Notes: generated by a model not told the origin, from the sequence alone. Positions 23,039 through 33,892 are shown, numbered from the stretch's first letter. The stretch: 64,000 nt of DNA from Candidatus Calditenuaceae archaeon HR02 (GCA_002898395.1 BEHE01000008.1:20640-84639), one strand, 5' to 3'. Made by a program: numbers and translations.

Positions 23039-23581
23039 GACACCATCCTCAATACGGATTATCGAGGAGGTTAGTTGTGGATGCGTCATAATAGTCTGAC
23101 GAAATCGCCGGAGCTCAGGCCATAGCACGTTATCCGCGACTAGTATGCCGTTTGGTCTGAGCCTTGAAATACAGTCTTCCAACAGGTCGAGGTAGCGCGA
23201 CTTCTCGATGTCCATGAAAATCATATCATAGAGAGAGTTGTCGATCTGAAGGTGTCTACCCGCCTCGTCCACAATAACTGTAACCAATTCTTCAACTCCA
23301 GCTCTCCTAAAGTTGGCCTGGGCTTCATCCGCATTCTCCTTGTCCTCATCGACTGTCACGATCCTCGCCCCCGGCTTAAGCGCCCGCGCTATCTGTAGCC
23401 CCGAGTATCCGATACCTGTCCCGAGCTCTAGAACCCGGAGCGGCTGGGCTAGGAGAGTAAAAACGTAGAGAAGCTCTCCCTTCACAGGACCTATTATTGG
23501 GAAGTATCCTCCACTGCTAACGCGGCGCTCAATCTCCCTTAGGACAGAGTTTATTCTCTTAACGTTCAAGCCCTGTCCCAC
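23015..23581 (-). CDS. Class I SAM-dependent O-methyltransferase
   Basis: VLELGTGIGYS, DMIFMDIEK, GILVADNV. Confidence 0.9.
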   Translation of the reverse strand: MGQGLNVKRINSVLREIERRVSSGGYFPIIGPVKGELLYVFTLLAQPLRVLELGTGIGYSGLQIARALKPGARIVTVDEDKENADEAQANFRRAGVEELVTVIVDEAGRHLQIDNSLYDMIFMDIEKSRYLDLLEDCISRLRPNGILVADNVLWPELRRFRQTIMTHPQLTSSIIRIEDGVSLSVKKA

Positions 23582-24250
23582 CTAGTAGGGGAATAGGTCG
23601 ATAAAAAGAAATCTGTTTTCCCGCAGGACTGTCTCTCCCCTCTTAACCGGTATCGGCTCCGAGAAGATGGGTCCGCCGTATACAAATGTGTGGAACTCAC
23701 CCCTCTCGCCGCAGGGGTCTACACCGCTTGGCAGCCTGTCCAAAAGCTCCCAGCTATATTCGAGGCCGATTATACCTGCAGGAGCTTGCTGCGTATCAAC
23801 ACAACATATTATTGCCTTGAACCCAAGCTTCAGGAATTCTCTGGCTAAGTCCCAAGTATCCCTGCCCCAGAGCGGGAATATGCCGCGGAAATTTATGCTG
23901 GCAAGGTTCTCTTCTCTGAACCTACGTACATCCTCCAAAAAGATGTCGCCGAAGACAATCTCCCTCACGCCCTCTGCTTCAAGGGCTCTGAGCGCCTTCC
24001 TCATCCTTTCAGAATAGGTCTCATTGCTGCAGTCTGGGGGTAGGGGGATTTTTAAGAGCCTAGCCCCCAGCCTCTCGGCCTGCTTCTCTATAAGCTCGAG
24101 CCTGACACCATGCATACTGACCCTATTGTTTGACTCGTTATACGTGGTAAGCAGGGTGTCGGCTTGCAGATTTTCCTTTTTTGCCAGCGTGTGAAATGCC
24201 ATTACAGAGTCTTTTCCACCGCTCCAACTGAGGGCCACCCTTCTCTTCAT
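23582..24250 (-). CDS. PP-loop ATP pyrophosphatase (diphthine-ammonia ligase/MJ0570-like)
   Basis: SWSGGKDS, FGDIFLED, DPCGERGEFHTFV; start MKRRVAL at 24250. Confidence 0.88.
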   Translation of the reverse strand: MKRRVALSWSGGKDSVMAFHTLAKKENLQADTLLTTYNESNNRVSMHGVRLELIEKQAERLGARLLKIPLPPDCSNETYSERMRKALRALEAEGVREIVFGDIFLEDVRRFREENLASINFRGIFPLWGRDTWDLAREFLKLGFKAIICCVDTQQAPAGIIGLEYSWELLDRLPSGVDPCGERGEFHTFVYGGPIFSEPIPVKRGETVLRENRFLFIDLFPY

Positions 24251-24299
24251 GGTAGCCGCAAACGTAATGCTGATATTAATCCGTATCGAACAATAATAT

Positions 24300-24842
24300 G
24301 TGCGTGACTGGGAAGCGTTAAATGAGCAAGTCGAGAAGTACATGACGACTGACTTTATCGTGGTTGGGGAAGAGGCTACCGTAAGAGAGGTCGCCTTGGA
24401 GATGAGGGTGCATGGACATACAAGCGTCTTGGTAGCTCGTGCGGGCTACCCTGTGGGCATAGTGACTGAGCGGGACATTCTCTACAGGGTTGTGGCTGAG
24501 GGTCGGGACCCAAACAATACAAAGATAAACGAGATCATGTCTTCACCACTCATAACTGTTAGCCCGAAGGCTAAGCTGAGCGAGGCTATTGCCGTGATGG
24601 CCTCTAGACAGATTAGGAGGCTTGTGGTTGTAGAGGGGAAAAAGGTATTGGGGGTACTGACCCTGATGGCCCTTGTGGGTGGACTGACAACTAGGACATC
24701 CATTCTACCGGAGGTCGAGAGGGATGTTGTCTCATGCCCCTACTGTGGAGCCAGATTCAGGACAACTCACGAGCTATCTAAACACATAGACAACGTCCAC
24801 ATTGGCGCCGAGATACTCTCGAGGAGACCCATGGAGTGGTAG
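24300..24842 (+). CDS. CBS-pair protein with C-terminal C2H2 zinc finger
   Basis: GIVTERDIL and IMSSPLITV CBS motifs; CPYC-x12-HIDNVH. Confidence 0.88.
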   Translation: MRDWEALNEQVEKYMTTDFIVVGEEATVREVALEMRVHGHTSVLVARAGYPVGIVTERDILYRVVAEGRDPNNTKINEIMSSPLITVSPKAKLSEAIAVMASRQIRRLVVVEGKKVLGVLTLMALVGGLTTRTSILPEVERDVVSCPYCGARFRTTHELSKHIDNVHIGAEILSRRPMEW

Positions 24843-24845
24843 CAT

Positions 24846-26237
24846 CTAAACTGCGAGCTCTTTCCCTTTACTCCTGTAGTGCTTAGCCATCTCCCCGTTA
24901 AATTCAAGACTCATAATGGCATTCAGAACCCTCTCGGCCTGCTCTAGACTTTTTGTCCGAGGATCGCTGAGCAGCTCCTCGATCAAAACGTCCCTATCAC
25001 CGGTTAGGAAGGCTTCCAGCCCAAGCTCCATCCTGAATATCCTCATCTTAATAACCATCTCCATCACCCTCTTAGGTAATGGGGTCACCTGCACCGGCCT
25101 AACACCCTTTGCAGAGACAGCAGCTGGAACCTCAACCACCACGTTGTGGGGAATTCCGGGAATGACACCATTGTTAGGCACATTCACCTGGTAAATTGCC
25201 TCCTTGTCGTTGTGTATCGAGTTTATAACTGGGACGACGGACTCATCGCTAAGCACCGGCGGGACTTCCTCTGTGATCGATTTGGAAGGGTCTGAGGCAA
25301 TCTCCTCAAGCCTCTCCAGTCTTCTCCTGAGGTATGATAGGTAGGCCTCCCACCCCAACTCGGAGTCAAAACCCCCCAGATGCCCATACCATTTCTTCTT
25401 GGTCTCGAGGTTGTAGTGATATTTCCAGCCACCGCTACGGGTGGTGTCGCCTATCGGGAATAGACCATATCTCCGGTACATGTCAACTGCTGCTGGAGAC
25501 ATCTGTGTCTCCCAGAACTCAGGCTTCCAGCTGCGCCAATACTCCTCCGAATACTCCTCTATCCACTCATCAATCAGTGGGTATGCGTTTTCTCCATCAT
25601 GCCTAAAGTCTGTCAGCCAGATGCAATGGTTGAGGCCCGGCGCTTCGAATGTGACGCGCCTATAGTCAAGCCCCAGCGCTGATGCCAGCTCCCTATACCC
25701 CAAGTGGCCGTGGCACAGCCCCACTATCTTTATCTTGGATATCCTTGTGCCGAGGGTGCACAGCTCCAGTAATGGGTTGGCGATGTTGATTAGCCAAGCG
25801 TCGGGGCAGAGCCGCTCCATGTCTAGAAGGATGTCTGTGAAGAGTTTGAACTGGTTGTAGCCGCCGAAGACGTGGTAGTCCGAGACCATGTTATGGTCTA
25901 CGGCGTCGATTCCCCTGTAGTATCCGTGCTCCTCGGCGACTTTTCTCTGGACCTCGTAGTTGTGGTGTCCTCCCGCAAGGGCGGCATTAATAACGAAATC
26001 AGCATCCTTAAGGGCCGCCCTCCTATCATCACTGTGCACGAACTTATAGTCTGCGCCTGTTTCCCTAGCATACCTTTTAGCGAGCTCGTAGATTACGCTC
26101 AGCCTCTCCCTATCAATATCCATCAAAACTATAGTCGAGCCCCACAGATCCTTAGTGACGCATAGATCACCTATCAGCCTGATAGACCAGACAGCGCTCC
26201 CAGCACCTATAACTGCTAACTTGATAGGTGCCATCAA
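24846..26237 (-). CDS. Family 4 glycoside hydrolase (NAD-dependent alpha-glucosidase/galactosidase)
   Basis: IGAGSAVW, ANP, VGLCHG, GLNHCIWL, PIGDT. Confidence 0.92.
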   Translation of the reverse strand: MMAPIKLAVIGAGSAVWSIRLIGDLCVTKDLWGSTIVLMDIDRERLSVIYELAKRYARETGADYKFVHSDDRRAALKDADFVINAALAGGHHNYEVQRKVAEEHGYYRGIDAVDHNMVSDYHVFGGYNQFKLFTDILLDMERLCPDAWLINIANPLLELCTLGTRISKIKIVGLCHGHLGYRELASALGLDYRRVTFEAPGLNHCIWLTDFRHDGENAYPLIDEWIEEYSEEYWRSWKPEFWETQMSPAAVDMYRRYGLFPIGDTTRSGGWKYHYNLETKKKWYGHLGGFDSELGWEAYLSYLRRRLERLEEIASDPSKSITEEVPPVLSDESVVPVINSIHNDKEAIYQVNVPNNGVIPGIPHNVVVEVPAAVSAKGVRPVQVTPLPKRVMEMVIKMRIFRMELGLEAFLTGDRDVLIEELLSDPRTKSLEQAERVLNAIMSLEFNGEMAKHYRSKGKELAV

Positions 26238-26331
26238 TTTTTTTCGGGTCCTCTTGTTAATAAGGATACGGTATATCCTTGCTTCAGGGACATCAGTAAC
26301 ACTTTTACGAGACTATTCCTATTGATTTTCG

Positions 26332-27912
26332 ATGTCCAGCGGGGCCAAGATAACATATGTAACACTGATGGGCGATCCGAGCATACACCCAGCCTTCGAG
26401 GAGGCTCTCAGAAGGGTTATGGAGAAGGAGCTTGGCAAGAGCCATCCAATGTATATTGGCGATGAAGAGGTCTGGTCAGAGGTAGGTGAGTTAGAAGACA
26501 GGTCTCCAATAGACACCTCAATACTTATTGGCAAGTTCCAGAAGGCCGAGCGGAAGCACGTCGCAAAGGCTATTGAAGTTGCGGACAAGGCTTTTTCAGA
26601 ATGGTCGAGGAGAGGCTGGCGTGAACGTGTAGCTATCATTCGGAGGGCTGCTGAGATCATCGATGAGAGAAAGTTCGAGATAGCGGCTGTCATATGCCTC
26701 GAGGTCGGTAAGAACAGGTTCGAAGCATTGGCAGAGTGCTGGGAGGCGATAGACGCTCTACGCTACTATGCGGACATAATGGAGAAGAACCAGGGCTATG
26801 AGAGGGGGATGGGGCCAGGGGCTCCTGGCGAGGAGTGTAGAATGGTTGCTAAGCCATACGGCGCTTGGGTTGTGATCTCGCCCTTCAACTTCCCATTCAT
26901 GCTTGCCAACGGCATGATCCTAGGCGCACTCATAACAGGAAACACTGTGGTGTTCAAGCCCACCAGTGAAGCACCTTTCGCGGGTCTGCTCCTCTATTGG
27001 GTCTTCAGGGATGCTGGGGTGCCGCCCGGCGTCATCAACTATGTTACGGGGCCGGGCGACGTGTTTGAGGAAGAAGTCACCACAAATACCAGGGTTGCAG
27101 GCATAGCCTTCACTGGCTCGAGGGACGTGGGCATGAGGCTTTATAGGAGGTTCCTCACGAGCCAGCCATATCCAAAGCCTATCGTGCTGGAGATGGGGAG
27201 CAAAAACCCCACAATTGTTACCGAAAGGGCGGACATAGAAAAGGCGGTTACAGGGGTTATCAGGGCAGCATTCGGATATGGGGGCCAGAAGTGCTCCGCG
27301 ACTTCAAGGCTCTACGTCCAAGAGTCTATAATGGATAAGTTCATCGACAGACTCGTCGCGGAGACGAGCAAGCTGAGGGTGGGAGACCCCCGCGAGAGAG
27401 AGACATTCATGGGACCTGTCATCAACAGGCGGGCCCTCGAGAACTTCAAGAAATATGTCGAAGAGGCAAGGAGGGCTGGAAGGATACTGTTTGGGGGAGA
27501 GGTGCTGGCCGGTGGGATATATGACCGCGGCTACTATGTCCAGCCCACCATAATCGGTGACATTCCTGCAGATCACCACCTATGGAGAGACGAACTTTTC
27601 CTACCGATACTACTTGTCTCATCCTTCAAGACACTCAATGAGGCACTAAGGATGGCGAACGACACAGACTATGGATTAACCGCCGGAATATTCTCCGAGG
27701 ACCCCGAGGAGGTCAGATATTTCTTTGACGAGATCCAGTTCGGTGTCTGTTATGCTAATAGGCGTGGCGGCGCAACGACTGGGGCATGGCCTGGAGCCCA
27801 GACGTTTGTGGGATGGAAGGCTAGCGGCGCGACAGGTAGAGGGGTTGGGGGGCCGCACTATCTGCTTAACTTTCTAAGGGAGCAGGCTCAGACGGTTGTG
27901 AGGGAAAAATAA
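26332..27912 (+). CDS. Aldehyde dehydrogenase (P5C dehydrogenase-like)
   Basis: ISPFNFP, FTGS, LEMGSKN, GQKCSATSR, YGLTAG, TTGAWPG. Confidence 0.9.
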   Translation: MSSGAKITYVTLMGDPSIHPAFEEALRRVMEKELGKSHPMYIGDEEVWSEVGELEDRSPIDTSILIGKFQKAERKHVAKAIEVADKAFSEWSRRGWRERVAIIRRAAEIIDERKFEIAAVICLEVGKNRFEALAECWEAIDALRYYADIMEKNQGYERGMGPGAPGEECRMVAKPYGAWVVISPFNFPFMLANGMILGALITGNTVVFKPTSEAPFAGLLLYWVFRDAGVPPGVINYVTGPGDVFEEEVTTNTRVAGIAFTGSRDVGMRLYRRFLTSQPYPKPIVLEMGSKNPTIVTERADIEKAVTGVIRAAFGYGGQKCSATSRLYVQESIMDKFIDRLVAETSKLRVGDPRERETFMGPVINRRALENFKKYVEEARRAGRILFGGEVLAGGIYDRGYYVQPTIIGDIPADHHLWRDELFLPILLVSSFKTLNEALRMANDTDYGLTAGIFSEDPEEVRYFFDEIQFGVCYANRRGGATTGAWPGAQTFVGWKASGATGRGVGGPHYLLNFLREQAQTVVREK

Positions 27913-27925
27913 CTAGTGCTGGCGC

Positions 27926-28366
27926 CTACTTACCCGAGCTGAGAAGCCTCATGTGCTCCCGCATCATGCATCTATTCCACACAACTTTTATCCCATTAGA
28001 GGCTAGAAGTCTAGAGGCTGCCTCGTTATAGATTCCCTCCTGCATCCAGAAGACCTTCGGTCTAATTTTGAGGGCTTGCTCCGCCACACTCAACACCTCC
28101 TCCGACGGCCTGAAAACATCCACTACATCAACAACAGCATCAAGCTCCAACAGACTCCTATACGACTTAAGCCCCAAAATCTCAGAAGCCGACGGATTAA
28201 CTGGAAAGACAATGTACCCCCTCGAGATCAAGTATCTCGGAACATAGTTAGCTGGCTTCTGAGGATCACGCGACATCCCCACAACGGCAATTCTCTTCGA
28301 CTTCACAAAAATATCTCTGATCTCATCATCGGATAAGCCGTCGGGAGGTATAACTCTCTCTGTCAT
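27926..28366 (-). CDS. CoA-binding protein (YccU-like)
   Basis: IAVVGMS, VFPVNP, DVFRP, WMQEGI, NRCMM. Confidence 0.9.
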   Translation of the reverse strand: MTERVIPPDGLSDDEIRDIFVKSKRIAVVGMSRDPQKPANYVPRYLISRGYIVFPVNPSASEILGLKSYRSLLELDAVVDVVDVFRPSEEVLSVAEQALKIRPKVFWMQEGIYNEAASRLLASNGIKVVWNRCMMREHMRLLSSGK

Positions 28367-28406
28367 ATATCACATAATGGTGGGTGCGGCTTTTAACCTT
28401 TACCGA

Positions 28407-29261
28407 TCAACGTATGAAGCCGAGGGTGAGCCCTCTGATTAGATATTTCTGAATCATGATGGCCGTCATTATTACCGGCAGAGAAATTATTACCGCGGCT
28501 GCAGAGAGCGGCCCCCATAGTATTCCATACTGGTTTGAGAAGTATCCGGCAAAAGCTGTGAGGGGCATGGCACTCTCGCTTGGGGCCAGGAGGAGCGGTA
28601 TCAGGAACTCGGACCAGCTGAAGAGGAAAGCGAATATCGCCGAGGTGGCAAGCCCTATGGAGGCCTGGGGTAGCGCGATCCTCGTGAAAACCTGGAATGG
28701 TGTGCAGCCATCAAGCATCGCTGCCTCTTCAGTCTCCCGTGGAACACTCTTGAAAGCCCCGATCATGAACCAAGTAACTATAGGCAAGGTTATCACCGGG
28801 TAAACGAAGACTAGGCCGCCTACGGTGTCATAAAGTCCGATAGATTTTGTCAAGACTACTAGAGGATAAAGTATGACGACTGGAGGAATCATCCTGAGAC
28901 TTAGGATCCAGTTGGCAAAGAACGTGCCACCTGCACGATATCTGAGAATACCGTACGCGGTAAACGCACCCAATAGGCTTGTCAATATTGCCACAGTTAC
29001 CGAGACCATGACGCTGTTGAAGAGATACCTCAATATCGGCGGGAAGTGTCCCCTGACGCCATAGACACCGCCGGTTACCAAGATCTCCAGGTAGTTTCTT
29101 CCTGTGGGGTTTTCAGGCAAGAGTGTGGGGAGACCCCACTCACCAATCGGCTTGAAAGACGTCCCTATCATCCATATGAAGGGGAGCAAGTAGATGACCC
29201 CAACGGCCCATGCAACAAGCGTTATGATGAATCCCAAAATCCTCTTATCCAAACCCAACAC
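28407..29261 (-). CDS. Carbohydrate ABC transporter permease (MalG-like)
   Basis: EAA loop EEAAMLDG, SWSEFL, QKYLIRGLTLG. Confidence 0.93.
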   Translation of the reverse strand: MLGLDKRILGFIITLVAWAVGVIYLLPFIWMIGTSFKPIGEWGLPTLLPENPTGRNYLEILVTGGVYGVRGHFPPILRYLFNSVMVSVTVAILTSLLGAFTAYGILRYRAGGTFFANWILSLRMIPPVVILYPLVVLTKSIGLYDTVGGLVFVYPVITLPIVTWFMIGAFKSVPRETEEAAMLDGCTPFQVFTRIALPQASIGLATSAIFAFLFSWSEFLIPLLLAPSESAMPLTAFAGYFSNQYGILWGPLSAAAVIISLPVIMTAIMIQKYLIRGLTLGFIR

Positions 29262-29264
29262 ACC

Positions 29265-30164
29265 TCACTCCCACACCACTCGTTTCACGTTCAGGACACG
29301 AGTCAATACCAACAAGACTAGGAAGGTGGCAATGAGTAGTAGAATTACGGCTAGAAGTGAGGCATATCCGATATCCGCCTTAGCGGCAGTCAAGGTAAAG
29401 CCAATCTTATATATGTAGAATGGAAGAGTGGTTGTCAGGTTTCCAGGCCCACCGAAAGTCAGCATGTATATTATGTCAAAGATCTTTAAAGAATCGATAA
29501 GCCTGAATAACAATACGATGATTATTATAGTCTTGCTAAGTGGAAAAACGATATGCCGGATCATTTGTAGTCGTGTAGCACCATCCAGGGCCGCGGCCTC
29601 TTGGATATCTGGTGGTATACTTTCTATACCTGCTGCAACGGCTAAAGCAACAAAGGGGGTCCACTGCCATATATCCAGAACCGCAAGGACGAAGAATGTG
29701 TTAAAGGGATGACCGAATGGCGCACTAAGCCATGGCTGAGGCTCTAGGCCGATTGAGCCAAGGAAGGTGTTCAGAGGCCCATATGTGAAGAAGATCATCT
29801 TCCAGTTTAGACCTACTATAACAGCAGGTATACTCAGCGGTATCAACGTGATAGATCGGAGGACCAGCCTTCCCCTCAGATGCGGAGAGGTGAACAGCAA
29901 CGCTAAAAGCGAGCCGAGAGCAAGTTGGACAGGGACGGTAATTCCCGTCAAAAGCAGCATGGCTAGAATGGCGTATGATGCGTCCTGGTCCTGCACTAGA
30001 GTGTATATGTTTTGGAACCCAACAAACTTTGGAGCGACGTCAAAGAGAGGGTTGAGGGAGTGGAAGACCATGTAATAGAGATACACCGTCGGATATATGA
30101 CCAAGGCTACCAAGTAAACCGCCGCAGGGGCTATGAACAGCAGCCCTGAACTCCGGCTCCCCAA
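29265..30164 (-). CDS. Carbohydrate ABC transporter permease (MalF-like)
   Basis: WQWTPF, EAAALDGA, LTFGGPG. Confidence 0.93.
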   Translation of the reverse strand: MGSRSSGLLFIAPAAVYLVALVIYPTVYLYYMVFHSLNPLFDVAPKFVGFQNIYTLVQDQDASYAILAMLLLTGITVPVQLALGSLLALLFTSPHLRGRLVLRSITLIPLSIPAVIVGLNWKMIFFTYGPLNTFLGSIGLEPQPWLSAPFGHPFNTFFVLAVLDIWQWTPFVALAVAAGIESIPPDIQEAAALDGATRLQMIRHIVFPLSKTIIIIVLLFRLIDSLKIFDIIYMLTFGGPGNLTTTLPFYIYKIGFTLTAAKADIGYASLLAVILLLIATFLVLLVLTRVLNVKRVVWE

Positions 30165-30271
30165 TGCCGCACACTAGAAATTGGCGCGGAATATAAAAAT
30201 CAATTCCACCCAGTATAAATGCTTCAAGAAAAAGCTTATATCTACACTTCAACCCTGTATGTCTGAAAGAC

Positions 30272-31753
30272 TTGAACAACCTGAAAGATATAATTAGTAG
30301 ACGTGAAGCCATTTCCACCGCGGCTAAGATTGGTATAGGCGTGGCAATTGCCGCTGTGGCCGCAGGCGCCGGCCTGTATGCCTGGAGCGCTCTTCAGCCA
30401 ACTCAAAAGAAGATCAGGGTCGTCGCTATCGCACACTCGGCTCCCGGGATGAAGGCGGTTGCAGAGGAGGACTTCAAGATCAAGTATCCTAACATTGAGG
30501 TTGAGCTACTCCTCTTCGACTGGGAGACTGGCAGGGATAGACAGCTCCACGACTTCGCAACAAGGGCGGGCGAGTACGACGTCTACATGTGGGACTGCAT
30601 CTATACAGGGGCCTTCGGCCCACACTGCTACCCAATCGATGATCTCAGGTCACAATACCCAGATGCAGAAATATTCAAAGAGTATGGAGACTTCCTCGAG
30701 ACTATTGATAGGCGATACATGCACTGGGATGGAAAGAGGATCGGATATGTTATCACGGCCAACGTAATGGCGATGTTTTACAGGAGAGACCTGTGGGAAG
30801 ACCCAGCTATCAAGGACATGTACAGTAAGTGGATCGACCGTAACCTATCAGACCTTCAGTCAATGGCTCCAGACTTAGGGCTAGACCCCAAGAAGATCCC
30901 CACTAGTCTAGTCGTCCCCAAGACGCTTGAGGATGTATTTGCGATAGGACGTTTCTTCACCAAGAGATACAACCCCAACTCGCCGGTCGAGGCTGGAAAC
31001 ACTATAATGGCTATGAGGACACACACTATTCACTGGGAGTACTGCTGGCTCTTTGCCCAGTGGAGGAGATCGCCCGAGGGGATTTCCAAGCTGGGTCAGC
31101 CTGTCGAACCCTGGGGCGACCTCTTCACACAGGATGGAAGAATAGCATTCGATCCAGATATAACAGACATGGGAATCAAGGTCACGAGACTATTCAAAGA
31201 GCTCTGCAACTATGTTCCGAACGCCACGCAGACTGAGTGGTCTGAATGCATGGAGCTTTTAGGCAGGGGTAGAGCCGCTATGTGGGCTGGCTCATGGGCT
31301 TCCACTTTCATAGACTTCATCGAAAAGGCTAAGGAGAACTATCCTGAGACGGCCGGCAAGATCTGGGTTTCTCCAGCCCCAGGAGTCCCGATTGACGGTA
31401 CATGGCAGATAGGTGTTAGCAGGTACTCTAAGAATCCGCGCGAAGCATGGCTCTTCACGCAGTTCCTAGTATTGCCTGACTCCGCTGTGAAGCAGTGGAA
31501 TGTAGCCTCCTCCTTCCCAGGAAGGAAGAGCGTGATAGAGACTTTAGCCCCGAGGTATCCTGGAATATTCAAGGAGGTCTTCCTCGACTCGCTGTTAAAG
31601 GCAGGATTCAGAAACTATGTACCCGAGAACCCCATGTTGGAAGACTCTATTGCCAAGTGGATTACCGAGTATGTAGCAGGAAATGTTGACGAGGTGACCG
31701 CAACTACAGAGCTAACGAAGGAATGGAAGAGCATACTGAAACTGAGCTACTAA
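30272..31753 (+). CDS. Sugar ABC transporter substrate-binding protein
   Basis: SRR-containing signal/anchor, YDVYMWD, MFYRRDL, VSRYSKNPREAWLF; divergent from the permeases. Confidence 0.88.
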   Translation: MNNLKDIISRREAISTAAKIGIGVAIAAVAAGAGLYAWSALQPTQKKIRVVAIAHSAPGMKAVAEEDFKIKYPNIEVELLLFDWETGRDRQLHDFATRAGEYDVYMWDCIYTGAFGPHCYPIDDLRSQYPDAEIFKEYGDFLETIDRRYMHWDGKRIGYVITANVMAMFYRRDLWEDPAIKDMYSKWIDRNLSDLQSMAPDLGLDPKKIPTSLVVPKTLEDVFAIGRFFTKRYNPNSPVEAGNTIMAMRTHTIHWEYCWLFAQWRRSPEGISKLGQPVEPWGDLFTQDGRIAFDPDITDMGIKVTRLFKELCNYVPNATQTEWSECMELLGRGRAAMWAGSWASTFIDFIEKAKENYPETAGKIWVSPAPGVPIDGTWQIGVSRYSKNPREAWLFTQFLVLPDSAVKQWNVASSFPGRKSVIETLAPRYPGIFKEVFLDSLLKAGFRNYVPENPMLEDSIAKWITEYVAGNVDEVTATTELTKEWKSILKLSY

Positions 31754-31772
31754 ACCCTTACACAGCAATTTT

Positions 31773-32738
31773 TTATCCCTTCTTTGTAAACGCTTTCAGG
31801 CACAGGAAATTATAGATTATATTCGCCGCTAAATATGCCGTTATCTCTCCGTGATCATATGGTGGGGCGACCTCCACCAGGTCAAAGCCCACGAAACCCA
31901 GGCCTGCCAGTCCATGTAAGAGCTTTAGAGCTTCCCGTGAAGTTAGGCCACCCACCTCTGGCGTACCAGTACCGGGCGCGCATGAAGGGTCGCAGGCATC
32001 TATGTCGAATGAGAGATATACTGGCCCTCCGCCAGCAATCCTCTTGATCTCGCTGCAGACGGCCTCTATTCCCATCTCCTCGACCGACATCATGGCAATA
32101 ACCCGGAACCCGAGAGACTCTACCGAGCTTATCTCATCCTCAGAGTAGAGACTGCCCCTTACACCCACGTGGACCGACTTGTACGGGTCAATGAGGCCCT
32201 CTTCATAAGCCCTTCTAAAAACCGTTCCATGCGTATATTTCTGAGAGAAGTGCTGCTCAACCATGTCGAGGTGGGCATCGACGTGTATAAGGGACAGCCT
32301 ACCATACACCTTTGACGCTTCCCTGAGTAGCGGGAGAGTAATAGAGTGATCACCGCCACAGACCAGTGGAGTAATACCCCTCGCATGAATAGGCCCCAGC
32401 TCGCGGGAAATGCTTTGATATGTCGCCTCTATGTTGCCGGGAACTGTGTCTATGTCACCGTAATCTGCCACGTTTAAGGCATCAAAAGGCCTTACCCTGA
32501 GATATGGATTATAGAGACGTAGAAGTAGCGAGGCCTGCCTAACAGATGCAGGCCCAAACCTCGCACCCGACCTAAAGATAACGCCACCGTCAAAAGGAAT
32601 TCCAATAAAAAGCGCATCAACTCCCTCCAAGTCCCGCGTATGAGGTAGCCTCGCAAAAGTGTAGGGGCCAGTGAAGCGCGGAGACTTTAGAGAGTCTGCC
32701 GGATAAAATCTCCTAGCTATACCCGTGTCCTTGGACAT
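31773..32738 (-). CDS. speB: Agmatinase (ureohydrolase)
   Basis: GARFGP, GGDHS, DAHLD, SFDIDACDP..PGTGTP, DLVEVAP; start MSKDTG at 32738. Confidence 0.92.
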   Translation of the reverse strand: MSKDTGIARRFYPADSLKSPRFTGPYTFARLPHTRDLEGVDALFIGIPFDGGVIFRSGARFGPASVRQASLLLRLYNPYLRVRPFDALNVADYGDIDTVPGNIEATYQSISRELGPIHARGITPLVCGGDHSITLPLLREASKVYGRLSLIHVDAHLDMVEQHFSQKYTHGTVFRRAYEEGLIDPYKSVHVGVRGSLYSEDEISSVESLGFRVIAMMSVEEMGIEAVCSEIKRIAGGGPVYLSFDIDACDPSCAPGTGTPEVGGLTSREALKLLHGLAGLGFVGFDLVEVAPPYDHGEITAYLAANIIYNFLCLKAFTKKG

Positions 32739-32857
32739 GTATCGAGACCGTCTCGGCAAATATAAATAAATTAGTATCCGGCAACAGCCTGTAGGTTTGT
32801 AAACCGCGATCAGAATGGTATGGATTTTTATAAGGGTGCAAATCAAAACAGCTTTAG

Positions 32858-33892
32858 ATGGAAAAGCATGAAATGGAGCTGCCGAGCTATATTGTTATTG
32901 GCAGCAATCTAGTGGATGTAATAATAGAGAGGTTGAGAAGACACGGCTTCAAATACTGCATCATGATAACGAGCAAGACACCCTATAGGTTTTACGGCTC
33001 GAAGATTATTGAAAGAGCTGAGAAAGCAGTGGTTTTTAGTGTGTGGGATATTAATGAGGCGCCCGATGAACTAGACAGGTTTGTCGGAGAGGCTAGGGCT
33101 GCAGATGTTGTTCTTGGGGTAGGCGGTGGAAGGGTTGTTGATATATCGAAGGTTATTGCAGAACTTTCCGGGAAACCGTTCTTCAGCATTCCAACAATAG
33201 CATCCCATGATGGAATAGCGAGTCCCATGACTTCTTATCGCAGAGATGGCCGAGCTTATTCACGCAAATCGGTAATGCCTAGCGAGATTTTTGCAGACAT
33301 GGATGTAATCAGCATAGCACCTCGCAGATATTTATTGAGCGGTTGCGGAGACCTAGTCGCTAAAAAAAGCGCGGTGAGAGATTGGTGGCTGGCCCACAAA
33401 TTGACAGGAGAGTATTATGGTAGATACGCCGCACACCTTGCTTACCTGAGCGCCTCGGTCGTGATAAAGTCTCGGAAACTGATAGCAAATAATTCGTTGG
33501 AAGGTATTAGGACTGTTGTCGAAGCGCTAATAAGCGCTGGCGTGGCCATGGGCGTGGCTGGAAGTAGCAGGCCTTGCAGTGGAAGCGAACACTTAATAGC
33601 CCACGCGCTGGAGACCCTGTCTGAAAAACCGGCCCTCCACGGGGAGAGGTGTGGCGTAGCAACAATCTTCACCCTATACCTACATCGAGGAAACTGGAGA
33701 AAAATCAAGAATAGTCTAGCCGCCATGGGAGCTCCCCACAGGATTGAACACATAAACACTGACACTGACCTATTCGTCGAAGCCGTGAAAAAAGCGCCCG
33801 AAATCAGGCCCGACCGCCTCACAATACTCCATAAAATGAATCTAACTAGGAGCGAGATAGTAAACATTCTAGAAACCACAAGTCTCGCCTAA
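32858..33892 (+). CDS. egsA: sn-glycerol-1-phosphate dehydrogenase
   Basis: GVGGGRVVD, ASHDGIASP, SSRPCSGSEHL, LHGERCG. Confidence 0.93.
   Translation: MEKHEMELPSYIVIGSNLVDVIIERLRRHGFKYCIMITSKTPYRFYGSKIIERAEKAVVFSVWDINEAPDELDRFVGEARAADVVLGVGGGRVVDISKVIAELSGKPFFSIPTIASHDGIASPMTSYRRDGRAYSRKSVMPSEIFADMDVISIAPRRYLLSGCGDLVAKKSAVRDWWLAHKLTGEYYGRYAAHLAYLSASVVIKSRKLIANNSLEGIRTVVEALISAGVAMGVAGSSRPCSGSEHLIAHALETLSEKPALHGERCGVATIFTLYLHRGNWRKIKNSLAAMGAPHRIEHINTDTDLFVEAVKKAPEIRPDRLTILHKMNLTRSEIVNILETTSLA

Noticed and set aside
28407-31753. Sugar ABC cluster lacking an ATPase
   Set aside because: Shared MalK/MsmX-type ATPases encoded elsewhere are common.
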